Virus record (IMG/VR): IMGVR_UViG_3300012016_000699
Location: 37,964 to 101,963 of that record
Length of the DNA stretch: 64,000 nt
Strand: one strand, 5' to 3'
From: a virus
Lineage: Duplodnaviria; Caudoviricetes
Under the pieces are notes generated by a model. The model saw nothing but the letters and a program-made list of their open reading frames with translations. It searched no databases and was not told where the DNA came from. The translations under genes and the position numbers were made by a program. How positions within the stretch are numbered: position 1 is the first letter of the stretch; each line of letters begins with the position of its first letter. Positions 7,797-18,180 of this stretch are shown in pieces.

Positions 7797-10700
7797 TATG
7801 TACTCCTTCCCAATTTTTTACACAAAGATGACCATCACTATCGACAAAGACATCTCCCTTGCTATATTCTCCTGTGTTTACATCGCTGAAAGTCAACCAT
7901 GAATCAAATGGTGCAAGAATGCGTAATTTATTGTTATACATCTTTACTGTAAGAACGGCACTTGCCCCGCCATAAGAATTGCTTTCGATTTTCATTTCAC
8001 CAGGATATATATAAGTCTGGCCTCCTGAAGGATCATACAATCTTAATCTCGGTTCCATATTCGTTCCCGAAGAATATTGCCAGAATCCAAGGTCAAACAA
8101 TTCATTATAGCTGTTGTCTATTCCTCTGATTCCAGAGCGTTTGATGGATGTTCCCTCGTCAACGTAAATTTGCACCTTCCTATTACCTGTCCCAATAGTT
8201 GTATTGCCATCAATTTTTCCATGAAATGTACCTGCGATAGACAGATTTCCGTTACTGTCAAGGTGGAAAATCTCTTGTTTGGACGAATTCTTTACGCTCC
8301 AGTCGAAAGTCGTGAACTTGATGTTATCGGCATCTACTTCGAAAGTGGAGAGCTTATCGCTGACATACAACCCAACCTTGCCATTAGCAGCGACATTGCC
8401 ATTGCTGTCAAACGAAGCGGCTACTACGCTCCACTTGTTTTTGTTTTGGGAAATCCACGTTGCCGAAGCAGTTTGTTCATCGTCAACATCTTCGATATAA
8501 TCACGTAAGTTTTCAAAAGCCTTGTCTGCTGCATCCTTGTTATCCGTAACAGTGGTGGAAATATTATTTACCTGTACTTTCAGATCTGCATATCCTTTGA
8601 TAGTGCCGTCGGCATTGAACTCTGCTGCCATTAACGACAGAAGACGATCATTCTGATATACCCAGGTAGCTTTGTATGTGTCCTCAAGACTCTGACGGTC
8701 TGCTATTTCATCATTAAGATCAGATATGAGATTTTCAAAAGCCTTGTCTGCTGCATCCTTGTTATCCGTAACAGTGGTTCTGATATTATCGAACTCTATT
8801 TCTATCTCAGCGACAGCCTGATTCAGATCGGCGGTCTGCTTTGCGGCCTGCAATAGAATATGGCGAGAAGTCTGCTCGAAGAGAGTCTGATAAGTCTCTT
8901 TGCTATTAACGATGGGATCAGTACGCAAAGCAACAAATCTGATATAACACTCACCAGTATATGAAAGGATCATACGGCCCTGCTTGCCAGTATAAGCCCA
9001 AGGCATAGCCTCAGAATCTCTTGCCTGAACAAGAGTCCATTCACGCGAAGCATTGATCTGCTCACTCCAAGAAGCAATTGACTGGCCGTTTGAGTTTACG
9101 AAAGATACAGTCAGTGTACCAGCAGACAGAGCAATCATTCTGACACCCATATACAGAGTATCTTCCACGTCTTCCATGACAGTATAGTCATCACTCTGAT
9201 CATTGTCGGTTTTGTTCTCTTTGTGAGTACCATTGGCCTTGATGTCAGAGAAATCCTGATATACACCCATTCCAAGCAAGTGCAGAACTTTGATTCCGTC
9301 GTAATCCGTCACCTCTGCTGTGAGGCGGCTCATATACGCCAATACGGCACCGTTGACCATCAGTGGCGTGCCGTTGCCGGAGTCGATGACCTGCTGCGCT
9401 GGGCTATCCGGGGCTGCGCTGCCGTCGCAGGCACACTCCGACCATCCTTCCATGTCCCTTGAAAAGAAGCCGTTGGTGAGGAAGTTGTCCTCGTCCTGTA
9501 TGTTGAACGTGGTCTCCGTGTAGACGCTTCTCAGGCGCTCACGGGTTATCTCGATACTGGAGTTGAGGCTCTCGCCAGTCTGGCGGTTATACAGCTTTCC
9601 GACGGCGTAGATGTTCGGCAAGTAGGCACCGAAGCCCTCCAGCCATCCGAAGAGGTCAGTGCGGATGCCCTGCAGGTTTCCCTCACGGAGCTTCAGCGCA
9701 TCGTTCGGGTTGGTCTTCATTCCGTAGTACACATCCTGGTAAGGTGTGTTCGGTCCTACGGTGATGATCTGCATCAGGCCCTTTCGCTCCGGATCCGTCT
9801 CGTTGTCAAGGCGGACGAAGGTGTCTCCCTTCTTGATGAGCTGACCAGCGGTATAACTGTCCTCATCTGTCTGGACGGCAACCTCTTCCTGCTGCTCCTC
9901 CCCTATCTCGGCCTTCGCTGCCTCAAGCAGTGTACCATAGTCGACGGAGCCGCGTGCAACAGGTACGACGGATGCTCCGGCCAGACGGCCTATGATTGTG
10001 TCGCTGAGCCAGTGGTAGCGAGTTATCTGCCTGCCCATGGCGTACTCGTTTGCAGCCTTCAGTATCAGGTCGGCCTTGTCAGGCATCAGCTCCACGAGGA
10101 ACAGGGCACCTGCAAAGGTCGTCGAGGAATGGCCGCTCGGATAGGAATTGGCGAAGACGCTGGCGCGTGAGTCCCTGTCGAAGAGCTCCGGGTCGGTATA
10201 GCCTGTCGGCGTTCCGTCGGAATTCTCGATGTCAAGGTTCACTAGCACGCCTTCCTGCCCTGTCGGTGAGCTGCCGTCCTTGTCGCCCTGTCCTGGACGC
10301 CTGCGGCCATAGTACTTACCGTCTAGGAGAGGGCTCCTGCTGTGTGTGCCGAGCTTGCTGATCTTCTCGTATGAGGTGGCCACTCCGCCGCTGACGGATA
10401 TCTCCACGCCGATTGTCTCCTCACCGAAGACCGGGTGGAAGGTGTAGCCACCGCCGTGACGGTTCGGGCCGAAGACGTGGTCGACGGTAGCCTCCTTGTT
10501 GGCAATGGCCTGTGCCGTTTCCTGGCTGTATGTGGGGTTGTTGAGGTTATAGTAGGTCACCACCCTGTTGTGGATGTCAAGGTCTGGTTGCAGGTTGTGG
10601 TCGTCGAGGTCGTTGTCGTCATATGGCACGCCTCCGATGGACGAGCGGTCGGTATAACCCTTGAGGTACGGGCCCGGTGCTGTCGGCATGAACAGCGACA

Positions 10701-12366
10701 GGTCTACATAGAACGAGTCCTTGTAGTTGTCGAAGGAGGATCCGTAGACGTCAGCCACACTATAGTTGAAAGCTGGCGCGCTGATTTCCGAGCGCAGCTC
10801 CTGGATGTCAGGCTTCAGCCTTCCTCGCATGGCGGAGCAGATGACCGAGGCTACCATACGTCCCACGTTCGGGTCACTCTCGAAGGTGTACTTGTAGATG
10901 TAGGCATCTTTTCCGGGTCCGAGGTTATAGCCCGTCTCCATGATGATGTTCCTCTTGGCTGGGAACATCTCCGTCAGTACCGAGGCGAGCAGCCATCCTG
11001 CCACACCGTCGAACGCTTTCTTGTCGACGTCCCTTCCGTAATAGTCGATGACGTTCGGAAAGAGAGACTTCTTGAAGAGCAGTGGAAGATTGTATGCGGA
11101 CTTGCCGCTGTAGTACTGCGTGTATGTCTCGTAGAACACTTCCGACAGATACTGGAACGCCTTCGTCCATGCAGGAACGGATATACCTGCAGCCTTGACG
11201 AAATGGCTGAGGTACTCGGAGGTCTTCGTCTGTATCTCTACGGGAACGTCCTTCACGGCCACGCCTCCTTCTTCGGTGCTCATGGACGTGGTGAAGTTCT
11301 TGAAGGTTACCCAGTCCAAGCGGTCTCCGTTCTCATCCTCCATTCCTCCCGTTCCGGAGTCCGTGATGACGAGCTCGTAGCTCTTGGTGATGTAGCCGTC
11401 GCCGCCACCTACGACGTCGTTGCCTGGCTGGTACTGCTGGCACTTGATGTAGTCACCCTTGCGGAAGGAGACTGCCTTGATGCGCCCGCACTCCGTGGAA
11501 AGCCACACCTTGCCAGTGTCGGGATCGTAGTGATGCACCTCCATCATCGCCGCAAAGACGTAGTTGTCGAACTCGCCCCTCAGCTGCGAGACAATCATCT
11601 CGTAGACACGCAGCGTCTCGCGGACGGTGACGTTGTCTATCTCCAGCGTATAGTACTCCTCCTCCACGCCAACGGCATTGATGCGTGTCTTCTTCTGGAT
11701 GGCCCAGCCCTTGCCGCCGAGGAAGGCACTGATGAACTCCACCGACGAAAGGTTGCCGCCGAAGGTCGAGTCGTTCACCACAAAGAGCTCCTGCAGCTTG
11801 GCGAGGCCTCTGGTAATGAGCGTCTTGATCTCCACGTGTCCCTCCGGGGTGATGATGCCGCCCTCCACGCCCTCGGCATAGTAGCCGATGAGGATATTGC
11901 CGAGCGTCTGGAGGCCGACCTTGAAAATGGTCTGGTTCGTCACCTCGTCGATATGGGCGGTGTTGGCATAGACCTCCCTTGCCCTCATGAGGTTGCGGAC
12001 AGTGGCATAGTCGATCTCGATGTTCCATGTGTCGACGGCATTCTTCCAGATGCTGAAGCCATCGCCCGTGTTCACGTCCCTGCCCCTGGCATCCTTCACC
12101 CATTCTCCCAGATGGAAGTCTGGGGACTTGGCGAACATATCGACGATGAGCCCCGCGAGGAATGTCACAAGATGGTGCGTCTCGTCGTCATGCGCCTTGG
12201 AGATATACATGGAGTCGTACACCCTCAACAGGTAGAGCAGGTCAAGGAACGCCTTACCGATGCGGGCCGCGGTGTTCGCCCCGGCCTGCGTCTCGTCCCT
12301 GATGACCTTGTACTCGCTCTCAAGGCTCTCTATCTGCTGATTAAGTTCCTGCATCGACAATGCCAT
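7789..12366 (-). CDS. Tail-tip/host-specificity protein (1525 aa) with an inserted PAP2 phosphatase module
   Basis: IRDETQAGANTAARIG N-terminus, LEIDNVTVR..VYEMIVSQLRG tail motifs; internal SYPSGHS and R-x5-H-x3-D. Confidence 0.85.
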   Translation of the reverse strand: MALSMQELNQQIESLESEYKVIRDETQAGANTAARIGKAFLDLLYLLRVYDSMYISKAHDDETHHLVTFLAGLIVDMFAKSPDFHLGEWVKDARGRDVNTGDGFSIWKNAVDTWNIEIDYATVRNLMRAREVYANTAHIDEVTNQTIFKVGLQTLGNILIGYYAEGVEGGIITPEGHVEIKTLITRGLAKLQELFVVNDSTFGGNLSSVEFISAFLGGKGWAIQKKTRINAVGVEEEYYTLEIDNVTVRETLRVYEMIVSQLRGEFDNYVFAAMMEVHHYDPDTGKVWLSTECGRIKAVSFRKGDYIKCQQYQPGNDVVGGGDGYITKSYELVITDSGTGGMEDENGDRLDWVTFKNFTTSMSTEEGGVAVKDVPVEIQTKTSEYLSHFVKAAGISVPAWTKAFQYLSEVFYETYTQYYSGKSAYNLPLLFKKSLFPNVIDYYGRDVDKKAFDGVAGWLLASVLTEMFPAKRNIIMETGYNLGPGKDAYIYKYTFESDPNVGRMVASVICSAMRGRLKPDIQELRSEISAPAFNYSVADVYGSSFDNYKDSFYVDLSLFMPTAPGPYLKGYTDRSSIGGVPYDDNDLDDHNLQPDLDIHNRVVTYYNLNNPTYSQETAQAIANKEATVDHVFGPNRHGGGYTFHPVFGEETIGVEISVSGGVATSYEKISKLGTHSRSPLLDGKYYGRRRPGQGDKDGSSPTGQEGVLVNLDIENSDGTPTGYTDPELFDRDSRASVFANSYPSGHSSTTFAGALFLVELMPDKADLILKAANEYAMGRQITRYHWLSDTIIGRLAGASVVPVARGSVDYGTLLEAAKAEIGEEQQEEVAVQTDEDSYTAGQLIKKGDTFVRLDNETDPERKGLMQIITVGPNTPYQDVYYGMKTNPNDALKLREGNLQGIRTDLFGWLEGFGAYLPNIYAVGKLYNRQTGESLNSSIEITRERLRSVYTETTFNIQDEDNFLTNGFFSRDMEGWSECACDGSAAPDSPAQQVIDSGNGTPLMVNGAVLAYMSRLTAEVTDYDGIKVLHLLGMGVYQDFSDIKANGTHKENKTDNDQSDDYTVMEDVEDTLYMGVRMIALSAGTLTVSFVNSNGQSIASWSEQINASREWTLVQARDSEAMPWAYTGKQGRMILSYTGECYIRFVALRTDPIVNSKETYQTLFEQTSRHILLQAAKQTADLNQAVAEIEIEFDNIRTTVTDNKDAADKAFENLISDLNDEIADRQSLEDTYKATWVYQNDRLLSLMAAEFNADGTIKGYADLKVQVNNISTTVTDNKDAADKAFENLRDYIEDVDDEQTASATWISQNKNKWSVVAASFDSNGNVAANGKVGLYVSDKLSTFEVDADNIKFTTFDWSVKNSSKQEIFHLDSNGNLSIAGTFHGKIDGNTTIGTGNRKVQIYVDEGTSIKRSGIRGIDNSYNELFDLGFWQYSSGTNMEPRLRLYDPSGGQTYIYPGEMKIESNSYGGASAVLTVKMYNNKLRILAPFDSWLTFSDVNTGEYSKGDVFVDSDGHLCVKNWEGVHNG
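8510..8778. repeat. Perfect 47-bp direct repeat (8510-8556, 8732-8778)
   Basis: ttttcaaaagccttgtctgctgcatccttgttatccgtaacagtggt twice; encodes TTVTDNKDAADKAFEN. Confidence 0.9.
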
Positions 12367-12367
12367 A

Positions 12368-12907
12368 TCAACCGATCTTTCTGATGACTACTGCGTTATG
12401 CGGACTCCCGGCGCTGTTCCTTCCACGCTTGAAATACTCGGGGAAGGCATGGCGCACATAGCCCATGGTCTCCTTGAGGAACCCCTGTGCTGCCGACAGC
12501 GCGTTGTTGTAGCAGTCGCTGCGCTCCTTGGATGATACATGGGAGGAATACTCGCTGTTCTTCATGACGACACCAGCCCTTGTGAGCTGGAAGTCGCCGT
12601 CCATGACGTACTGCGCATAGACGAAATAGCTCATTGCCATGCGCAGGCCGCTGAATATATGGTACCGCCCGTCGCAGTCGGTGTACTCACCGCCGTCGAG
12701 CAGCGTCTTCATTTTCTCATCTATTTTGCCTTGCTCCCACTCGGAAGCGGCCTTGAGGACATGCGAGAAGAGCTCGTCCCCAAGTACTGGCTTGATGCTG
12801 AGCCGTTCCGTCTCGTAGATGTACGACTGTATCTTCTCGTCATCTATCTGCTTGCTGATGGGACGGCCAAGCTGCCTCAGTTCCTCGATAGTTATAAGGT
12901 GTTCCAT
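12368..12907 (-). CDS. Head-tail adaptor (DUF6712-like)
   Basis: IKPVLGDELF, LLDGGEY, GLRMAMSYFVYA; directly follows portal. Confidence 0.7.
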   Translation of the reverse strand: MEHLITIEELRQLGRPISKQIDDEKIQSYIYETERLSIKPVLGDELFSHVLKAASEWEQGKIDEKMKTLLDGGEYTDCDGRYHIFSGLRMAMSYFVYAQYVMDGDFQLTRAGVVMKNSEYSSHVSSKERSDCYNNALSAAQGFLKETMGYVRHAFPEYFKRGRNSAGSPHNAVVIRKIG

Positions 12908-12924
12908 TCCTTGCCAGTCTTTGG

Positions 12925-14124
12925 TTATTCTTTGTCAGTGTTCTCGTTGCTGATGTGCCGTACGGGCAGTATCGAGTAGTCGTCCGTCGGGCATACAGGG
13001 TTCCCTCCGTTAAGGCTCGTCGCAAAGCGTGAGAATACCTTCCGGAAGATCTTCGCTATCTCGTCACGCTCACGTGTCACGCAGCTGTTGTAGTAGGCGA
13101 AGGCATCGTCCACGACGGTGCCGGAGAATCCCAGCTTGCCAGTGCGGATGCAGTAGAACACCTCCTGGTTGAAGGCGGCATAGATACGCTCTTCAGTCGA
13201 CTTCTCCGTGGTCTCGAACTTCTTGTCGAAGTTCTGGGCCTCGAAGGACTTGAACTCCGGGAAATCCTCATCCTGGTTGATGGTGACATCCATGATGGCG
13301 CAGGCGTTCTCGTCGCCCTGGAAGATGTCGAGGCTGTCGCTGATGGCGTTGCCATCGTCCTCTTCCTTGATCTGCCTGCCTGTCTCCGGGTCGATGCCAA
13401 GCTGCATGGCTTTCTTGTGGATGAACATACCCGCAAGAAGGAAGTTGTTGCGGACGTTACGGTACTTCACGTTGTCAAGGCCGTCGTCTGTGCTCATGCA
13501 CGTCACCACGCCGTCATAGATGGGCGTGGGGTACTTGAAGCGTCCGTCCATGGAGTACCAGAGGATCTGCCCGAGGTACTTGTCCATGCCCCCGCTCTCC
13601 TCCACCTGGTCGAGTACGACGAAGGGGTTCGGGTTGAATACGTAGAACTTCTTGACGTTCTCCGCCGTGACGCTGATGCGGTTGCCGGAGCGGGTCTTCC
13701 TGCCCGTCCAGTCGGGGTGGTAGTTGATGTAGGTGACATGCCCGAGGTCGTCCTCCTCCTCCAGGCGGCATGCCTCGAACGGGATGTGCTGGACCTCCAC
13801 GATCTGCCCCATCATGTCGTAGTTCACATGAAGGGCGAAGCCGCTGAGCTCCGCGAGGTCCTTGGCGACGAGGTGCAGCAGCTCCGCCACGGTCTCCCGC
13901 GAGCGGTTGCACACGAAGTCGGCCAGCATCTTGTCGGCAAAGCCTCCGCCCTCGATGAAGTCCTTGTAGCGCTTGCAGCACGTCCCTGCCGTCGGGGAGT
14001 TCCTCAGAAGCTCTATCATACGCTGCGGATAGAGGTTATCCTTGCCGTATGACTGGATGTTCATCGTCGACAAGTAGCGTACGTCAAAGCGGCGCTGTGC
14101 TTTCTTTACGTTATGGATGTTCAT
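12925..14124 (-). CDS. Portal protein
   Basis: YGKDNLYPQ, SPTAGTC..FIEGGGF, HIPFEACRL, YPTPIY motifs of Bacteroidota phage portals. Confidence 0.85.
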   Translation of the reverse strand: MNIHNVKKAQRRFDVRYLSTMNIQSYGKDNLYPQRMIELLRNSPTAGTCCKRYKDFIEGGGFADKMLADFVCNRSRETVAELLHLVAKDLAELSGFALHVNYDMMGQIVEVQHIPFEACRLEEEDDLGHVTYINYHPDWTGRKTRSGNRISVTAENVKKFYVFNPNPFVVLDQVEESGGMDKYLGQILWYSMDGRFKYPTPIYDGVVTCMSTDDGLDNVKYRNVRNNFLLAGMFIHKKAMQLGIDPETGRQIKEEDDGNAISDSLDIFQGDENACAIMDVTINQDEDFPEFKSFEAQNFDKKFETTEKSTEERIYAAFNQEVFYCIRTGKLGFSGTVVDDAFAYYNSCVTRERDEIAKIFRKVFSRFATSLNGGNPVCPTDDYSILPVRHISNENTDKE

Positions 14125-14160
14125 AAAGGGCGGTTGCTATTGATTGGGTGAAAAACGGTC

Positions 14161-14925
14161 TTACTTCTTGGCAGCTGGCTTGCCTTCCTTCGGTGCCTCC
14201 TCAGCAGCCTTGCCATCAGCGGATGCGGCGGCTTCCTCGGCAGGTTTCTCGGCAGGCTGCGCTGCGGCCTTGGCGGCAGCCTCCTTCAGGGCGGCGATCT
14301 CTGCGTCCCTGGCGGCGATGACGGAGTTGAGGCGGGCAACCTCCTCGCCAGCTTCGGCCTTACCTTTCTCCATGGCCTCCTTCAGGGCGGCGATCTCGGC
14401 TTCCTTGGCCTCGAACGTCTTCTCGGCTCCCTCCATCTTCTCGGAGAGCTCCTTGTTGACGGCCTTCAGGCCCTCTACCTGCTTCAACAGCTCTTCCTTA
14501 CTGATCTCGTCGGCGGCAGTCTTCTGCTCAGACTTGACGGCCTTGCGTGCTGCCAATACCTCATCAAGGTTGTCGGGAACCTTCTGGAAGAGGTCTAGAC
14601 GACCGATGTTGTCGTTCAGTGCGTCCATGGCGATAACGTCTGTGAGGTTGTCATTGACGTACGACTCCCCGGCGAAGTGCAGCAGCACTCCGGCACGAAG
14701 GATGAATAACTTTTCCTTTTGCATTTTTCCTTGCTTTTTAAGTTTGTTGATAATCTCAAGGTAGGCGTCGCGGTAGCAGTCCCTGCAGGCCGTATTGCGT
14801 ACGGGCCTCCCGAGAACGGCGATGCTCGCCTCCTGTAAGAAAAGCCTGTCAGAGGAAGAGAAGCCGTCATCAAAGCGGCTCCTCATCTCTGCCAGACGGT
14901 CCATAACCCCGCTATAGGTAAGCAT
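14161..14925 (-). CDS. Head-region protein with CxxC and coiled-coil/Ala-Glu tail
   Basis: ACRDCYRDA; AEIAALKEA twice (23-bp repeat at 14279-14301 and 14375-14397). Confidence 0.7.
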   Translation of the reverse strand: MLTYSGVMDRLAEMRSRFDDGFSSSDRLFLQEASIAVLGRPVRNTACRDCYRDAYLEIINKLKKQGKMQKEKLFILRAGVLLHFAGESYVNDNLTDVIAMDALNDNIGRLDLFQKVPDNLDEVLAARKAVKSEQKTAADEISKEELLKQVEGLKAVNKELSEKMEGAEKTFEAKEAEIAALKEAMEKGKAEAGEEVARLNSVIAARDAEIAALKEAAAKAAAQPAEKPAEEAAASADGKAAEEAPKEGKPAAKK

Positions 14926-14939
14926 AGGCTACGAGAGGA

Positions 14940-15518
14940 TTATGCGTTACCAAGGGCGTTGAGAAGCGCACGTGTGGCCGTTTCAGACTCATTGAAGAGG
15001 AAAAGGCCGGAAGACGGTGCGTTCTGCTCCTGGAGCGTGACGCTCCATCCGCCGTCGGTATCGTCAGAGTTCAGGTCACGAGTGCCTGCAGTGAGCTTCA
15101 GACCCTGCTCGAAGCCGTACACCTCGAACTTGTTCTTGGAGTCTGAGCCTGCAAACACGTTCTCCAGCACGATGACGAACTTGCCGTTCGCCAGCTTGTC
15201 GATGATGTCGTGGCTCACATCAGGACCGCTGTTGAGGATGACGAACGACACGGTCTTGTTCCATTTCGTCCGGTATGTCCCAACCACTGCCTCTATCAGC
15301 GTACCGTTGAACGGTGTCCCTTCTGGTACGATGATCTTATAGCCCTTGGCACCATTGGCCAGGGCAAGGGCAGTGATGATGTTCGCTGCACGGTTGCAGG
15401 AAGCCTTCAGCACATCCTCGTAGTTCACGATGTAGCCAATCTTCTCGACACCCTTCTGTGGGAGGTTCTCACAGTCGAACTCGATGCTCTTGGCTATCTT
15501 GAAATCACAGTTTCCCAT
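14940..15518 (-). CDS. Major tail protein (probable)
   Basis: 192 aa after capsid; GKFVIVLEN..FEVYGFEQGL..GGWSVTL. Confidence 0.7.
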   Translation of the reverse strand: MGNCDFKIAKSIEFDCENLPQKGVEKIGYIVNYEDVLKASCNRAANIITALALANGAKGYKIIVPEGTPFNGTLIEAVVGTYRTKWNKTVSFVILNSGPDVSHDIIDKLANGKFVIVLENVFAGSDSKNKFEVYGFEQGLKLTAGTRDLNSDDTDGGWSVTLQEQNAPSSGLFLFNESETATRALLNALGNA

Positions 15519-15537
15519 TTACAGTAGCGTTTAACGG

Positions 15538-16635
15538 TTAATAAGCTGCCTGCAGGAGCGCATCCTCGCCGATGAGCGTACCGATGGTAGAGCTGGCGTA
15601 GATGTGGTTCTTGCGGGTGATATCGTCGAACTTGATCGACAGAGAGGCGATCTTGTCCTTGTCCTCGGTACCGACGAACAGGTTCTTCGGAGACACGACG
15701 ATGGCACGGTGCGGGTTGTTCACGCGCTCCGTGGTGACGGCGTTGTCACCCTCACCGGTGGTGGTGGTGATGGTCTCGTACTTCTTGATCATGCGGTCCC
15801 AGATGTCCAGGACGATGATGGGCGTGCCGTCGTACTCCGACAGGGCGATGCCCTTGGCGATCTGCTCCACCGTCAGGGTGCACTTCACGCGCTTGTACAC
15901 GTCGTTGCGCAGGGCCTTGAACAGCGAGTTGGTCATGATGAGACATGCCTGGTCGTCGTCGAAGATACGCGAGTCGGCATCCTGCAGCAGGTCGTCCACG
16001 ATGCCGATGGCAGTGCCCTCGACCTTGATGGCTGCCATCTGGGCTGCCAGTGTGGACTGTGCGTTGGCGGCGATGGTCGTGCGCTGACGGCTGTTAGCCG
16101 CACAGACGGCGAAGATGCGCTTCCACAGACCGTCGGCAGTGGTGAAGAGCTTGGTCTTCACGCCGTCGGTGATGACACCGCCGTCGGACACGTTCTTGGC
16201 CTGCTTGTCGCCGAACCACACCATACGCCAGAACATCTGCTTCATGACACGCTGCAGCAGCGGCATGAGGACGGTGTCCCAGTACGGGGTGTCCTGCAGG
16301 TCGGCCTTGTCGGTGCCGGCCTTGAGGCCTGCCTTGCCGATGGTGTTCTCGATGTCGGTGTAGCAGAGGTACTCGGCCACTTCCCATGTTCCGAGCTCCC
16401 ACTCCTTCTCGACACCGGTGATCTTCACTTTCTCATACTCAGGGTCGCAACCGCCACCCTTCACGCCGACGTCCTGCATGGTGTCGACATAATCGAGCTT
16501 CTGGCCGTTCTCCACCTCAGTCTTCTGTGTGGTGACCTTCTCCACGTCAGGATCCTCGAAGGTCTGCAGGAAGAGCAGGTCCTTCAGGTCGGTAATCGCA
16601 CCGTTGTCAACGGTGAACTGTTCCCAATTAATCAT
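15538..16635 (-). CDS. Major capsid protein
   Basis: 365 aa after protease; RMVWFGD, DGLWKRIF, YDGTPIIV. Confidence 0.85.
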   Translation of the reverse strand: MINWEQFTVDNGAITDLKDLLFLQTFEDPDVEKVTTQKTEVENGQKLDYVDTMQDVGVKGGGCDPEYEKVKITGVEKEWELGTWEVAEYLCYTDIENTIGKAGLKAGTDKADLQDTPYWDTVLMPLLQRVMKQMFWRMVWFGDKQAKNVSDGGVITDGVKTKLFTTADGLWKRIFAVCAANSRQRTTIAANAQSTLAAQMAAIKVEGTAIGIVDDLLQDADSRIFDDDQACLIMTNSLFKALRNDVYKRVKCTLTVEQIAKGIALSEYDGTPIIVLDIWDRMIKKYETITTTTGEGDNAVTTERVNNPHRAIVVSPKNLFVGTEDKDKIASLSIKFDDITRKNHIYASSTIGTLIGEDALLQAAY

Positions 16636-16691
16636 ATCCTTTAAAGTTTTTTTGAATTGTTACTAATGTTGATAAAACTCTCACGGAAGAC

Positions 16692-18026
16692 CTAGTCCTT
16701 CTTGCCGCTAACCTCCTTGTTCTTACGCTTGGCGTAGGCCTCCTTGGTCTCGCGGATCTTGCGCTGGGTCTTGGTCTCGTTCTCAGGGACGTCAGCGTTA
16801 CGGTCCTTGTGGGCCACGAACTGACGGTTCTTCGGGCTGAAGGTGGACTTCATGCCGCAGACCTTGTCGAGCCACTCCTTGCCGCCGGCCTTGCCGACAA
16901 CTTCGAGGATGGCCTTCTCGTCCTCAGTCTTCTGTTCGCCCTTCAGCGCCTCGATCTGGCCGTTAGCCTCGTCGAGCTTGGCCTGCATGTCGGCAATCTG
17001 GGTGTCCTTGTCGTTGACCTTGTTCTTCAGCTCGTCGAGCTGGGTCTGCAGGTCCTCAATCTGGGCCTTGAGCTGGTCCTCCTCGGTAGGTGTACCGCCC
17101 TCGCCGCCTCCGTCACCCTCGGTGCCTTCCTCAGCGGGCTTGTTGATCTCAGTGATGACCCCGTCGGCGACAACGACGACAGTGCCATCCTCCATAGTGT
17201 AGGTGCCGTCGGGATAGGCCACGTCGCCTACCTGTGGGTCACCTTCCTCACGTTCTACGGTGAAGCTCTCGCCCGAAGCGCTGGTGATGTACTGGTCGAG
17301 AACCTTCAGGTCCTTCAGCTCATCCAGCGTCTTCACACCGTACAATGCACAGATCCGCGCTGCGGTCTTAGCATCAATCGTTACATTCTCTGGCATACTC
17401 TTTGATGATTTAAAATTTGATTTATGTGACTTGGTGTCAGTCATCTCGGGAAGGATACTGCCGATGAAGCCGAGCTCCAGGGCCTTATCCATGTTGATGT
17501 AGATATCCTGCTCCATCAGCTTCTTCAGCTCCTTCAGGTCAGCCCCCGTACGCTCGACATAGAGGTTGAGGATCTTGGCCGTCTCGTTGTCAAGCTGCGT
17601 TGCAAGCGTCTTGAGCATGTCGCTCTGGTTACGGAGCTCCCCGCTGGTCAGGCGACTGCAGCAGAACAGGTCGTCCGGGTACTGAGCCAGGGCCGGGTTG
17701 TGGATACACAGGCTGGCGTTGCGGTAGGCAAAGCGACGCTCCTTTGGAGCGGCCAGCAGGATAATGGTAGCAATCGAGGAGCACTTGCCCTCGATGGTCG
17801 CGCTGATGGTCTTGCCAGCAGCCTGTCGGAGTGCGTCGTAGATGGACCACCCCTCGACGACGTTGCCGCCGTCGCAATGCAGACGGATGTCGATGACGCT
17901 GTCATCCTCCGGCATGGCAGCAAGGGCCTCGCGCACATCCTTGTACGTGATGCCGTCCAGGCCTTCCCACTGGAGCCACAGCTTGTCCTCTTCGTCTACG
18001 ATGTCATGGAATATATTCAGTATCAT
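16692..18026 (-). CDS. ClpP-type prohead protease fused to scaffold (start revised to ATG 18026)
   Basis: LHCDGGNVVEG, GKCSSIAT, CIHNP, ALELGFI; C-terminal coiled coil. Confidence 0.9.
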   Translation of the reverse strand: MILNIFHDIVDEEDKLWLQWEGLDGITYKDVREALAAMPEDDSVIDIRLHCDGGNVVEGWSIYDALRQAAGKTISATIEGKCSSIATIILLAAPKERRFAYRNASLCIHNPALAQYPDDLFCCSRLTSGELRNQSDMLKTLATQLDNETAKILNLYVERTGADLKELKKLMEQDIYINMDKALELGFIGSILPEMTDTKSHKSNFKSSKSMPENVTIDAKTAARICALYGVKTLDELKDLKVLDQYITSASGESFTVEREEGDPQVGDVAYPDGTYTMEDGTVVVVADGVITEINKPAEEGTEGDGGGEGGTPTEEDQLKAQIEDLQTQLDELKNKVNDKDTQIADMQAKLDEANGQIEALKGEQKTEDEKAILEVVGKAGGKEWLDKVCGMKSTFSPKNRQFVAHKDRNADVPENETKTQRKIRETKEAYAKRKNKEVSGKKD

Positions 18027-18044
18027 ATGCGTATGATTTTCCCG

Positions 18045-18052
18045 CAAAATTA
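18045..18052 (-). promoter_or_regulatory. Bacteroidota -7 box (TAATTTTG) for the head operon
   Basis: TAnnTTTG 18 nt upstream of the clpP ATG. Confidence 0.6.
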
Positions 18053-18141
18053 GGACAATAGGATAAGGGGTGAAAAAAACTTCCGAATATTCCGCTGAAC
18101 GATTCGCGCAGTGTTTCCTTGCACCTTTCCTTTTTTCTTCG

Positions 18142-18149
18142 TATCTTTG
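18142..18149 (+). promoter_or_regulatory. -7 box (TATCTTTG) for the EEP moron
   Basis: TAnnTTTG 31 nt upstream of ATG 18181. Confidence 0.65.
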
Positions 18150-18180
18150 CACCGTTTTTCAACTGAACTTTGCGGTTTTT

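Noticed and set aside
9865-11270. Intein or intron explanation for the tail-protein insertion
   Set aside because: No intein terminal motifs or homing-endonuclease motifs; PAP2 motifs are present instead.
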